From: Lentisphaeria bacterium
GTDB taxonomy: Bacteria > Verrucomicrobiota > Lentisphaeria > Oligosphaerales > Oligosphaeraceae
Direction: 5' to 3'
Assembly: GCA_050949415.1 (NCBI GenBank)
Contig: JBMNFR010000015.1
Span: 549,093-613,092, forward strand
DNA: 64,000 nt
The first letter of the stretch is position 1, and each line of letters starts with the position of its first letter. The notes beneath the pieces are model-generated. The model was not told the origin of the DNA. It saw only the letters and a list, made by a program, of their open reading frames with translations, and searched no databases. The position numbers and the translations under genes were made by a program. Positions 41,217 through 50,110 of the stretch are shown here, piece by piece.

Positions 41217-42483
41217 GGTCGATTTCCTCCTTGAAGGCCCTGATGCCCTCCGCCTTGAGTTCCAGGTCCATTTTATCCTCGTAGAGCCGGATGCGCTCGA
41301 TCAGGAGCTCCGCCAGCCGATGCTTCTCCACGCTGGTCGCCTCGTGCCAGAACGGCCGGCCCAGGACATCCGCCAGACCGTGGGCGTCGATGCCGTTCAA
41401 CCCGGCCAGGCTGGCCGCCATCAGCGGCGTGCGGAATACCGCCGACATCTGCGCGAACACCGCATCCTCCAGCCGCGCGGCGGGAACCTGGCGCACGGGG
41501 CAGCGCGAGATGGCCCGCCGCGAGTCCCTGGAGCACTTGTAGTACGAATAGCGCTTCCCGTTCTTCTTGGTCGTCGACACCGCCGTCATCGTGCCGCCAC
41601 AGTGGCCGCAGTAGAGGACGCCATTCAGGGCCGACACGTATTCAGACTTCCGCGTCAGGTCGGTCCTGGCCGGGCTGGCATCCATGAAGCGCTGGACCCT
41701 CTCCCAGGTCTCCCGGTCCACGATGGCCGCGTGTTCGCCCTCGAAGATTTCGCCCTTGTGGCTCACCTTCCCGTCGTAGAGGCAGTTGCGCAGGATATGG
41801 TGCAGCTTGTTCTTGTCCCACGGGCGGCCGCGCTTGGTCTTGCAGCCCTGGGCATTGAGCTCGATGGCAATCTGCTTGGGCGACTGCAGGTCCAGGTAGC
41901 GCCGGTAGATGTGGCGCACGGTCTCGGCCTCCTCGTCCACCACCACTAGCTTGCGGTTCTGGACGCAGTAGCCCAAGGGCACCATGCCGCCCATCCACAT
42001 CCCCTTCCGCTTGCTGGCCGCGAACTTGTCACGGATACGCTCGCCGATGATTTCACGCTCGTACTGCGCGAAGGTCATCAGGATATTCAGCATCATCCGG
42101 CCGGACGAGGTCGAGGTATTGATGTCCTGGGTCACCGAACAGAAGCTGACGTTGTACTGGTCGAAGAACTTGGTCAACTCCGCGAAGTCGCAGATGCTGC
42201 GGCTCAACCGGTCGATTTTATAGACCAGCACCACGTCGATGTTGCCGGCGCGGCATTCGGCCATGAGGTGCTTCAACGCCGGCCGGCTGGTGTTGCCGCC
42301 GCTGAAGCCCCCGTCGTCAAAGCGCTCCGGCAGACACACCCACCCGTTCGCCTTCTGCGAGGTGATATAAGCCTCGCCGGCCTCGCGCTGGGCGTCAAGG
42401 CTGTTGAACTCCTGCTCCAGCCCTTCGTCAACGCTCTTGCGCGTGTAGATCGCGCAGCGCTTCTTCTGTGGTTTGGGTTCCAT
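41197..42483 (-). CDS. Large serine recombinase (resolvase/invertase catalytic domain + recombinase domain + zinc ribbon)
   Basis: N-terminal CAIYTRKSVDE...LDAQRE with the catalytic Ser, and RLSRS. C-terminal CxxC...CxxC (YCGHCGG ... YYKCSRD). Confidence 0.9.
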   Translation of the reverse strand: MEPKPQKKRCAIYTRKSVDEGLEQEFNSLDAQREAGEAYITSQKANGWVCLPERFDDGGFSGGNTSRPALKHLMAECRAGNIDVVLVYKIDRLSRSICDFAELTKFFDQYNVSFCSVTQDINTSTSSGRMMLNILMTFAQYEREIIGERIRDKFAASKRKGMWMGGMVPLGYCVQNRKLVVVDEEAETVRHIYRRYLDLQSPKQIAIELNAQGCKTKRGRPWDKNKLHHILRNCLYDGKVSHKGEIFEGEHAAIVDRETWERVQRFMDASPARTDLTRKSEYVSALNGVLYCGHCGGTMTAVSTTKKNGKRYSYYKCSRDSRRAISRCPVRQVPAARLEDAVFAQMSAVFRTPLMAASLAGLNGIDAHGLADVLGRPFWHEATSVEKHRLAELLIERIRLYEDKMDLELKAEGIRAFKEEIDHENRNG

Positions 42484-42935
42484 CAGTTCACTCCAAAGAA
42501 CCGTTTGCCATTCCAGTGCGTGCCGGTGATTTCCGAGGCGATGGCGCTCAAGGACTTGTACGTCCTGCCGTTATACTCGAAGCAGCGCGCGCCCTGGACG
42601 ATGACCTCGTAGGTCGTGCCTTGCCATTCCCGCAGGAAGCGCGTGCCCCTGGTGCTGGTGTATTTCCGCGTCCGCGGGCTTTCCAGCCTGGCCAGCGGGT
42701 CGCCATCGGCCAGTTCGGCAAGGAACTGAGCGGCCGACGGCGGGAAGCCGCCAAACTGGAGTTCCTGCAGACGGTAGGCGATGCGGCGCCGGAGCGTATC
42801 CGCGTTGGCCACCCTCGACGGGAAGCCGTACAGCTCCTCGAACTTATCCCTCAAGCCGTCCAGTGCCAGCCCGTCGAGGGCGGCTATCTGGCGCCTTATC
42901 AGTGCATGTTTGTCAATCATCTTTGCAGCCTCCAT
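42483..42935 (-). CDS. DUF2924-family protein (recombinase-associated)
   Basis: 150-aa protein immediately upstream of the serine recombinase and translationally coupled to it, a commonly observed pairing. The family assignment is from memory of that architecture. Confidence 0.6.
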   Translation of the reverse strand: MEAAKMIDKHALIRRQIAALDGLALDGLRDKFEELYGFPSRVANADTLRRRIAYRLQELQFGGFPPSAAQFLAELADGDPLARLESPRTRKYTSTRGTRFLREWQGTTYEVIVQGARCFEYNGRTYKSLSAIASEITGTHWNGKRFFGVN

Positions 42936-43094
42936 TAGCAGTTGGTACCGCGTTAATTAAGCTGTCATTGCCAGGCTTATCCAGTCGCTTCTCCGAGATT
43001 CGACGCAGAATATTGGCGGCGATGATGAGCGCCTGCTGCAGGTGGACGGGGAGACGCTTGCCTGGCTCTTTGGACGGGATGCTGCGGCCTTCCT

Positions 43095-43721
43095 TCATTT
43101 CATGCCTCCCAACAGCCTGATGACCTTGGGGGCGATGTGGTGATGGAAACGATTCAGAAACGTCGTGAAGGGGCACTGGCGGCTCCGGGCAATGGCCCGG
43201 AGGGAGGCGCCCACCATGAGTTGCCGGCAGATGTCAGCGTCCTCTACCGGAAGCTGGGCGAGGGCTGCGGCCACCGTATCTTTGAGTTCCAGATACTCAA
43301 TATCCGTGCGGTTCTGGCAGCCAATGGCGATGCGGTACTCATCACTGGAGATGCAGTCGCCAAGCGTATAGTCCCCCTGGCCAACTTCCTGCTCCAGCGA
43401 AGCCTCACAGGTCCCTTTGGCCAGGCTGCGGGCACGGTTCCTGCACATGGTATTCGCCGTCTGATTGCAGACCATGTTGGCATAGGTGTAGCGGCTGCTC
43501 AGCGCGGGGTTGAACTTCGGCATCTGCTGCCAGAGGGAAAGGCGCAGTTCCTGCTTGATGTCGTCGTTCTCGTGCTGCGGGAACCGGCCGGAGCGTACCA
43601 GCCGCAAGGCAGTCAGACGGATGATTTTCTCGGTGCGCTCGTCGAACAGTTCGTTGTCGGTGATGTGGCCGCTTGGGGCGACGGCGGGGGTCGGGTTGGA
43701 TTTGCTCTGATGCATGGACAT
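43095..43721 (-). CDS. ECF sigma-70-like protein (regions 2 and 4)
   Basis: DDIKQELRLSLWQQMPKFNP resembles sigma region 2.2. LPVEDADICRQLMVGASLRAIARS resembles the region 4 helix-turn-helix. The N-terminal about 40 aa may not be part of the protein. Confidence 0.45.
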   Translation of the reverse strand: MSMHQSKSNPTPAVAPSGHITDNELFDERTEKIIRLTALRLVRSGRFPQHENDDIKQELRLSLWQQMPKFNPALSSRYTYANMVCNQTANTMCRNRARSLAKGTCEASLEQEVGQGDYTLGDCISSDEYRIAIGCQNRTDIEYLELKDTVAAALAQLPVEDADICRQLMVGASLRAIARSRQCPFTTFLNRFHHHIAPKVIRLLGGMK

Positions 43722-43870
43722 AATCCTCTTGGGTTGAGGAGGAGTCCAGGAACACCGTCAGGACACAAAAAAACGGAGGCAGCCGAAATTCGCCAGTGTA
43801 CTGGCGGCATTCCTGGCTACCTCCTTCTACGGTCGGTAGGTCAGTGATTACCGGTTGGGTTGTGGTCGGA

Positions 43871-44194
43871 TCAGATGGCGTTCAGCGCCTTTTCAATCTC
43901 AAAACGGATGGGGAGACCATCCTGGATGACGATGCTACGGATGAAGCCGTTGCCGACGGCGTGGAGCTGGTTGAGAAAGTCCGCCTGGCAGTCTTTCAGC
44001 GTGAAGGGGTTGTCGCCGGCCACCCTCCCGGCCACGTTCCCGCCTTCCTGCTTAAAACTTTGCACCTCGCGGCTGGTGGGAATGGTCACCGCGATGCCGT
44101 CCCTCAGTTCCAGGTTTTCGATGGAGCCAAAGCCGATGCGGTTGATATGCGCCAAGAGCTTTTTGTCCGATAGAGAGATGTGGGCTGAATTCAT
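43871..44194 (-). CDS. small protein with two YezD/DUF2292-like motifs
   Basis: Start at MNSAHISLSD (the ORF track extends to 44398). Two repeats of the pattern G.GSI....qDG..v.i. Confidence 0.35.
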   Translation of the reverse strand: MNSAHISLSDKKLLAHINRIGFGSIENLELRDGIAVTIPTSREVQSFKQEGGNVAGRVAGDNPFTLKDCQADFLNQLHAVGNGFIRSIVIQDGLPIRFEIEKALNAI

Positions 44195-45032
44195 TGTTAA
44201 CTCCAGAGTTGTTTTTGCGGCCAGATTGTCTGGCACTTGCGGGCTTGTGTGATAGATTATGAATCTATCGGATCGAGTCGGGCTTGCGCGGCAAACCCGT
44301 TTCCGGCATGGCCAGCGCCATGCTTGTTCAACACCGCCAAAGGTGGGAAACAAGGTCCAGGCGTTCCCCAGGTTTGGGTGTCCGGCCCGGTTTCCCATTT
44401 CATTATGGTATCGGACGGGAGGGATGCCCTCCCTGGTGGCGGCTGTGTGGCCGGTTAATGGCGGCTGCGACTTTCATGACTACGTTGGCTATGGTCGTTT
44501 AGCGGGCCAAGTGCCCTTGTCTTTCCTGTGCCAACGGCCTGTTCGCGTTCTTGACCGCCTGCCCTGCTACATACGAAGTGGTTCAGCTCATCGGCTTCAT
44601 GCATTCAGCTCCCTGGTGCGGCTATGTCGGATAGTGCTCCTATGGTGCCTTGGACGGGATTGGTTACTGCTTCTTGCCTTAGCGCTCTATGCCTTCTGCG
44701 GGGCGAGTCACCATGCGGCTTGCCTTTAGAGTTCTGCTTACATGGTCAGCTGATTCAGCAAACAGAAATTTTGCAGGTATTGCCAATAACGATGACTCCA
44801 ATTCTTCATCATAACATTCTGTACTGTAATCGCTTTCCTCCCTTCTCCTGCGTGCCATTAGCCCATGTCTTTATGGCTTTCAATGCCGTGCCGGCCTTCG
44901 TAACAATGTTTACTATATGACATGCAAGGGACATATCAAGTCCCACACAAATATTTTTGTTGCAAAGAGGAAGAAACGGGGTACTGTATTGTGGATGTCA
45001 TTCTGACTACACTACTTGGGATAAGACGCACA

Positions 45033-46037
45033 ATGCCGACCAATAAACCGTTCGTGGCCTCGAAGAAACAGCTCCACCGCCTAACCTGCATCGTGTCGCT
45101 GCTTAAAAGGAGCGACGATGTCACGGCTGATAAAATCATAGGTGAGCTTAGGGGGGCTGAACAGGATACGGGCATCTCGTTGGGGACCGGGGCCAAGACC
45201 GTCTACCGTGACATGCAGACCCTGCGGGAGGAATACAAGTGCCCCGTGGTGTACGACTCGCGCCGTGCCTGCTACACCCTGTCTGACAAACAGTGGTCCT
45301 TCCCGGTGCCGACGCTCCTCAACGACACGGAAATCCTTGCGGTCATCATCGGGGCCAAGTTTGCCGAAAAGTTATTTGCGCCGGAAATTGCGGACCAGAT
45401 TAGCCAGGCCGCCGCGCAAATCATGCAGACGAACAGCACCGGTTCCACGGCAGCCAACCGCATGGACTCGCTCCAAATCCTGTCCACGAAGGTGGTCAGG
45501 GTCACAAACAAGCACTTCCCGGCGGTGTTTAACGCATGGTCCCAATGCCGCTGTTTGGACATGAAGTATAAAGACACCCACGGGAAAGTGGGGGGGCGTA
45601 TCATTGAGCCGCATGGGCTTGTCTACTATGGCACCAACTGGTATATACTGGCCTACTGCCGCGAAGCCAAGGACCGACGGCTGTTCAACGTGTCGCGCAT
45701 CTTGGGAGCCACTATAGAGGACGATACGTTTACACCGCGAGAGGACATCATCAAAAGTTTCACCGTGGATGAGATGATGATCTTTTCCAAGATGCGCGGT
45801 ATTGTAGTAAAGTTGACTGACGCTGGCGCCAGGTTTGCGCGGACATACAAGCTGCATCCAGGGCAAAAGCTGTCCAAGGGTGACGATGGCAGCTACAAGC
45901 TAACCGCACCGGCGGCCAATGAAAAACACGCGGTATCCTGGATATTGCAGCAAGGTGGCGAAGCAACGCCGCTGGAGCCGGAGCTTCTGGTGACGGCAGT
46001 CAAAGAGGCCGTGAAGAAGCTGTCGTCGCTGTCATAG
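45033..46037 (+). CDS. WYL-domain transcriptional regulator (N-terminal helix-turn-helix + WYL)
   Basis: N-terminal HTH (GISLGTGAKTVYRDMQTLREEY). Central GLVYYGTNWYILAYCREAKDRRLFNVSRI is the WYL motif. The ORF track starts at 44922; 45033 was chosen at MPTNKP. Confidence 0.7.
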   Translation: MPTNKPFVASKKQLHRLTCIVSLLKRSDDVTADKIIGELRGAEQDTGISLGTGAKTVYRDMQTLREEYKCPVVYDSRRACYTLSDKQWSFPVPTLLNDTEILAVIIGAKFAEKLFAPEIADQISQAAAQIMQTNSTGSTAANRMDSLQILSTKVVRVTNKHFPAVFNAWSQCRCLDMKYKDTHGKVGGRIIEPHGLVYYGTNWYILAYCREAKDRRLFNVSRILGATIEDDTFTPREDIIKSFTVDEMMIFSKMRGIVVKLTDAGARFARTYKLHPGQKLSKGDDGSYKLTAPAANEKHAVSWILQQGGEATPLEPELLVTAVKEAVKKLSSLS

Positions 46038-46377
46038 CCCGCCGCTGCCGGGAATCGTAGCGGGGAAAGCATCAGGACACAATGGGCCGCCAGGCAACAG
46101 GTGGATAGCGACTTTACAACGCGTTGTAAAATTGCCCTTCCAGCTGTAATGACCGTCACCAACCGGACCGACGCACGCATATAGGAGGCAAGGTATCGGC
46201 GTCGACCTACGTAATTGGTAGGCAAGCTGACACTACTTGGGCCATTCGGCCTTGCCGGCCTGTCACGGGTCGCATAAACTGAGCCAGTAGAGGGTCGCAT
46301 CCAAACTGAGCCACCTGCAAACAGGAACATGCCATATATTACCTTTTTTGCCACTTGAAGAACAAAGGAGGTAGCAA

Positions 46378-48018
46378 ATGGCTAACATCAAGCAGGTGAA
46401 CGTGATAGAACGAATACAACAGCTCTGCCGGCAGGGTGCCAGCCAACGCCGGATAGCCCGTGAACTGGGCGTCAGCCGCAACACCGTGGCCCGTTATGCG
46501 GGCAAAACACCCGGGGCCCCGGTCGGGGGTGGCTCAGTTTCAGACCATGCGACCCACGGGGCGCCGGCTGGCCCGGACGGGCAAAATGAGCCACAAGCGA
46601 CCCACGGGGTGGCTCAGTTTGAAAATCATCCTTTCGTGCCTGATGCGACCCACGGGTCTGAAACGCCGACCGGTGCCGTCCCGCCGGCGCCGGAAGCTGA
46701 CGCCCGGTCGCTTTGCGCCCCCCATGCCGACTTCATCCGGCAAGAGCTGGCCATGGGACTTTCCGGCCGTCGCATCTTCCAGGACTTACAGGATGATTTC
46801 GCCTTTTCCGGCAGCTACGCCAGTGTGAAAAGATACCTTCGCCACCTTGGCCGGACCGCTCCCCCTGTTCCCTTCCGCCGCCTGCGCAAGGAACCGGGCC
46901 TGGAGATGCAGGTCGATTACGGTACTGGAGCGCCTGTCTATGACGACCGCGGGCGCCTACGCAAGACCTGGCTTCTGTGCTGCACTCTCAGCTACAGCCG
47001 CCGAATCTATTGCGAGGTCCATTATCGCCAGGATACCCAGAGCTTCATCCGCGGCATTGAAAACGCCTTCATCTATTTTGGCGGGGTCCCCGCCACCCTT
47101 GTCATCGACAACCTCAAGGCCGGCGTCACCAAGGCCGACCTGTACGATCCCGTCCTGAACCCCATGCTGGCATCCTTCGCCCGTCACTACGACACGTGCG
47201 TGCTTCCCTGCCGCCCGGGGATGCCGCGGCACAAGGGGAGGGTCGAGAACACGGTCGGGTATGTCCAGGACAATGCTCTCAAGGGCCGCCGGTTCGATGC
47301 GATCAACGAACAGAACGGGTTCCTCTGGAAATGGCAGGGGAACGTGTCGGACCACCGCTTTCACGGCACCGAGAAACGCCACGTCATCGACATGTACGCC
47401 GAGGAGAAGCCATACCTGCAGCCCCTGCCGCCGATGATCTTCCCCTGCTTCAGCGAATCCCGGAGGAAGGTCCACAGCGATGGCCATGTCGAAGTCATGG
47501 GCGCCTATTATTCAGTTCCGCCCGAATACACGGGACGCGAGGTCTGGGTCAGATACGACGGCCGAGTCGTCACCATCCTGAACGACGGCCAGGAAGAGCT
47601 GTGCATCCACACCGTCACGCCCAAAGGGAAGACGTCCACGCTCCGCGGGCACGTTCCGGCCGAGAAGACCTGGGGGCCTGAGCAGGGCGGCAGCTGGCTG
47701 TCCAGCCGCATCGGAGCGGAAATCGGGGAAGGCGCCAAGGCATGGGCGGAGGAAATGGCACGGACGCGGAAGGCGGCGGCGCCCAAGGTGATGTTCGGGC
47801 TGCTGGCCCTGCTCAAGAAACATTCCCGAAGCAGCATTGAGTTCGTCTGCAACATGGCGCTGGAAACACGAGCCGACAGCCTGCAGGACATCAAGGCGCT
47901 CCTGGAGCATAACCGGGACGGCAGGCAGGGAGAGCTCCACTTCGACGCCCGCGGCGAGGACATCAGGGAACTCGACTACTATGAAACGCAGGCAAAGACC
48001 AGGGAGGCCTTCGCATGA
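46378..48018 (+). CDS. istA: IS21-family transposase IstA
   Basis: N-terminal HTH RRIARELGVSRNTVARY. DDE core QVDYGTG ... SYSRRIY ... FGGVP..LVIDNLKAGV. Contains an unusual in-frame roughly 60-aa insert (ATHG..AQF x3) encoded by copies of the IS terminal-repeat motif. Confidence 0.85.
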   Translation: MANIKQVNVIERIQQLCRQGASQRRIARELGVSRNTVARYAGKTPGAPVGGGSVSDHATHGAPAGPDGQNEPQATHGVAQFENHPFVPDATHGSETPTGAVPPAPEADARSLCAPHADFIRQELAMGLSGRRIFQDLQDDFAFSGSYASVKRYLRHLGRTAPPVPFRRLRKEPGLEMQVDYGTGAPVYDDRGRLRKTWLLCCTLSYSRRIYCEVHYRQDTQSFIRGIENAFIYFGGVPATLVIDNLKAGVTKADLYDPVLNPMLASFARHYDTCVLPCRPGMPRHKGRVENTVGYVQDNALKGRRFDAINEQNGFLWKWQGNVSDHRFHGTEKRHVIDMYAEEKPYLQPLPPMIFPCFSESRRKVHSDGHVEVMGAYYSVPPEYTGREVWVRYDGRVVTILNDGQEELCIHTVTPKGKTSTLRGHVPAEKTWGPEQGGSWLSSRIGAEIGEGAKAWAEEMARTRKAAAPKVMFGLLALLKKHSRSSIEFVCNMALETRADSLQDIKALLEHNRDGRQGELHFDARGEDIRELDYYETQAKTREAFA

Positions 48019-48767
48019 GCATCGATAACATCCGTACGCAGCTGAAGCAGCTCAGGCTGTCCGGAGCCTCAACGGCCCTGGATCTGCGCCTGCAGGAAGC
48101 AAGAGCCAACTGCCTGGACCATGCCCAGTTCCTTGAAATACTCATGCAGGACGAGCTGCTCAACCGGTCGAACAACAAGATGAAAGCCGCCCTCCGGCTG
48201 GCCGGCTTCAGGGGCTTGAAGCCGCTTTCCGACTTCGACTGGCAGTTCAACCCGAACCTGGACCGGAGGGCCTTCTACGAACTCGCCGGGGGCGATTTTG
48301 TGCGCAAGGGAACCAACGTCCTGTTCGTCGGGCCTTCCGGGACGGGCAAGACCTGCCTGGCGCAGGCTATCGGCTACGAGGGGCTGAAACTCGGCTTCTC
48401 GGTCATCTACCGGTCAATCTTCGACGTGGTCGGCAGTCTGCAGCGGTTCAACGCGCTCAGTGACCGGAATGCGGAGTTCGACCGGTACCTCAAGGCAGAC
48501 CTGCTGCTCATCGACGACATGGGGCTTAAGCAGCTGCCGGAAAAGTCAGGGGAGCTGCTCTTCGAGATCATCTTCCGCCGGCACGGGCTCAAATCCACGC
48601 TGATGACCAGCAACCGGCCGCTGGAAGAGTGGGGAAAGCTCATCCGCGACGTGCCGACGGCGGGGGCGATCCTGGACCGCTTCCTGGAGCAGTCGCTGGT
48701 CATCCGGTTCAAGGGACGAAGCTACCGGCTGGCAGGGACACCCGAGCCGGCCGCCACCGAGCACTAG
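48015..48767 (+). CDS. istB: IS21-family helper ATPase IstB
   Basis: Walker A GPSGTGKT, Walker B LLLIDDMG, and a 4-nt overlap with istA. Confidence 0.9.
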   Translation: MSIDNIRTQLKQLRLSGASTALDLRLQEARANCLDHAQFLEILMQDELLNRSNNKMKAALRLAGFRGLKPLSDFDWQFNPNLDRRAFYELAGGDFVRKGTNVLFVGPSGTGKTCLAQAIGYEGLKLGFSVIYRSIFDVVGSLQRFNALSDRNAEFDRYLKADLLLIDDMGLKQLPEKSGELLFEIIFRRHGLKSTLMTSNRPLEEWGKLIRDVPTAGAILDRFLEQSLVIRFKGRSYRLAGTPEPAATEH

Positions 48768-49441
48768 CCGTCGCTGCCCGTCTCCGTCTCCGACGAGATG
48801 GTGTCCCATTCTCGACGGAGACGGACGGCGACGGCAGAAAGGCAGGCCATGCGACCCACGGGGCGAAGTGGCTCAGTTTGCGAATCGCAATCTTGTCCTG
48901 TTTTGTCAATAACGGCCGTCAAACTGAGCCACAAGCGACCCACGGGGCGGCTCAGTTTGACAAAAAAACAACGATACGTCGAAAGGAGGTTGGAAACAGA
49001 ACCAAACACAGGCATGCAACTATTTTACCAACGATGAGTTATGACTTTGGTTGTTGTAAAAATATAACCAGGCATTAACTTAGGGAAGTGGCTCATTTTG
49101 ATGCGACCCACAGGTGGCTCATTTTGATGCGACCCGTGACAATATTGCACAAGAGCTGCTGGAACGGAAGGCAATCCCCCAGCAGGAACTGCGAAGCTAT
49201 TTACCGCCGTCTTGACCAACAGTACAACATGGTTGAACGGCCACCCAAATCTGACATGGTCTGCCGGATGATTGCCAACCAATTCGGGTGGAATGTACCG
49301 GACAAGCAAGCGTTGGGCTGGGACTTCAAGCCGCTGCTAGATGACTATACCACACCAGTGCGGATTAGGCTGGTGCAGATGGCGAAAAAGTGTCAGCTCA
49401 ATTTTCAATCCAGCCTCAAAATGAAAGGAGTATAAACGCAA

Positions 49442-50110
49442 ATGAAAGTACTTTTGATCGAAGACAACAGCCAGTGCGCTGATTTCATTATCCAGGGATT
49501 GCAACAGTCGGGTTTTCAGGTGCTCCACAGTTCGGATGGTCTGGATGGCCTGTTCAAAGCCCGTACTGAGCCGTTTGATATTGCGGTTATCGACATCATG
49601 CTACCGAAACTCGACGGACTGGCGGTCATCGAGGAAATCCGGCGGGCCAAAATCAAGACTCCAATCATCGTACTCAGCGCCCGGGATTCTGTTGAAAGCA
49701 AAGTCAAGGGGCTGGAAACCGGCGCGGATGACTACTTGGCCAAGCCGTTTTCCTTCTCCGAACTGCAGGCGCGGATCTATGCCCTGCTGCGTCGGGCAGG
49801 CGGTGAGAGTGAGCTGTCGGTGCTGCGCCTGGAAGACCTCGAGCTTGACCTTTTCGGACACCGCGTCACACGGGGAGGGAAAAAACTGGACCTAGCTCCC
49901 CTGGAATTCAAATTGCTGGAATATCTGCTGCGGAACAAAGGAAGAATAGTCTCCAAAACCACCATTTTGGAACATGTCTGGGAATACGGTTTCGACCCCC
50001 AAACCAACGTGGTCGAGGCACAGGTATGCCGCCTCAGGGAAAAACTGGACAAGGATTTTGAACGAAAATTGCTCAAAACGGTACGGGGATTCGGATATGT
50101 CCTGGAATAA
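49442..50110 (+). CDS. OmpR/PhoB-family response regulator
   Basis: Receiver domain (DIAVIDIMLPKLDG) plus a winged-helix output domain (LEFKLLEYL...GFGYVL). Confidence 0.9.
   Translation: MKVLLIEDNSQCADFIIQGLQQSGFQVLHSSDGLDGLFKARTEPFDIAVIDIMLPKLDGLAVIEEIRRAKIKTPIIVLSARDSVESKVKGLETGADDYLAKPFSFSELQARIYALLRRAGGESELSVLRLEDLELDLFGHRVTRGGKKLDLAPLEFKLLEYLLRNKGRIVSKTTILEHVWEYGFDPQTNVVEAQVCRLREKLDKDFERKLLKTVRGFGYVLE

Larger units (their letters stand above)
46261..49141 (+). mobile_element. IS21-family insertion sequence (istA-istB), 15-bp perfect terminal inverted repeats TGTCACGGGTCGCAT
   Basis: Left end tgtcacgggtcgcat at 46261. Its inverse atgcgacccgtgaca ends at about 49141. Multiple subterminal direct repeats of gcgacccacgggg..gctcagtttg lie at both ends (46262-46320, 48840-48960, 49085-49135). 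No flanking target-site duplication is evident. Confidence 0.8.

Noticed and set aside
40305-41234. 309-aa plus-strand ORF starting inside tRNA-Ala
   Set aside because: It overlaps the tRNA and runs antisense to the well-supported recombinase-accessory genes. Its composition is Arg/Ala-rich and artefactual.
44200-44920. ORF 44259-44729 (156 aa) in the gap upstream of the WYL gene
   Set aside because: No ribosome-binding site and a Cys/Arg/Leu-rich improbable composition. The region is more likely non-coding (att site, promoter or sRNA). It is kept as part of the island finding instead.
49088-49435. 115-aa ORF spanning the IS21 right end
   Set aside because: The first third is IS terminal-repeat sequence. 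The remainder may be a C-terminal remnant of a gene disrupted by the IS rather than an intact gene. It is mentioned under the IS21 finding.
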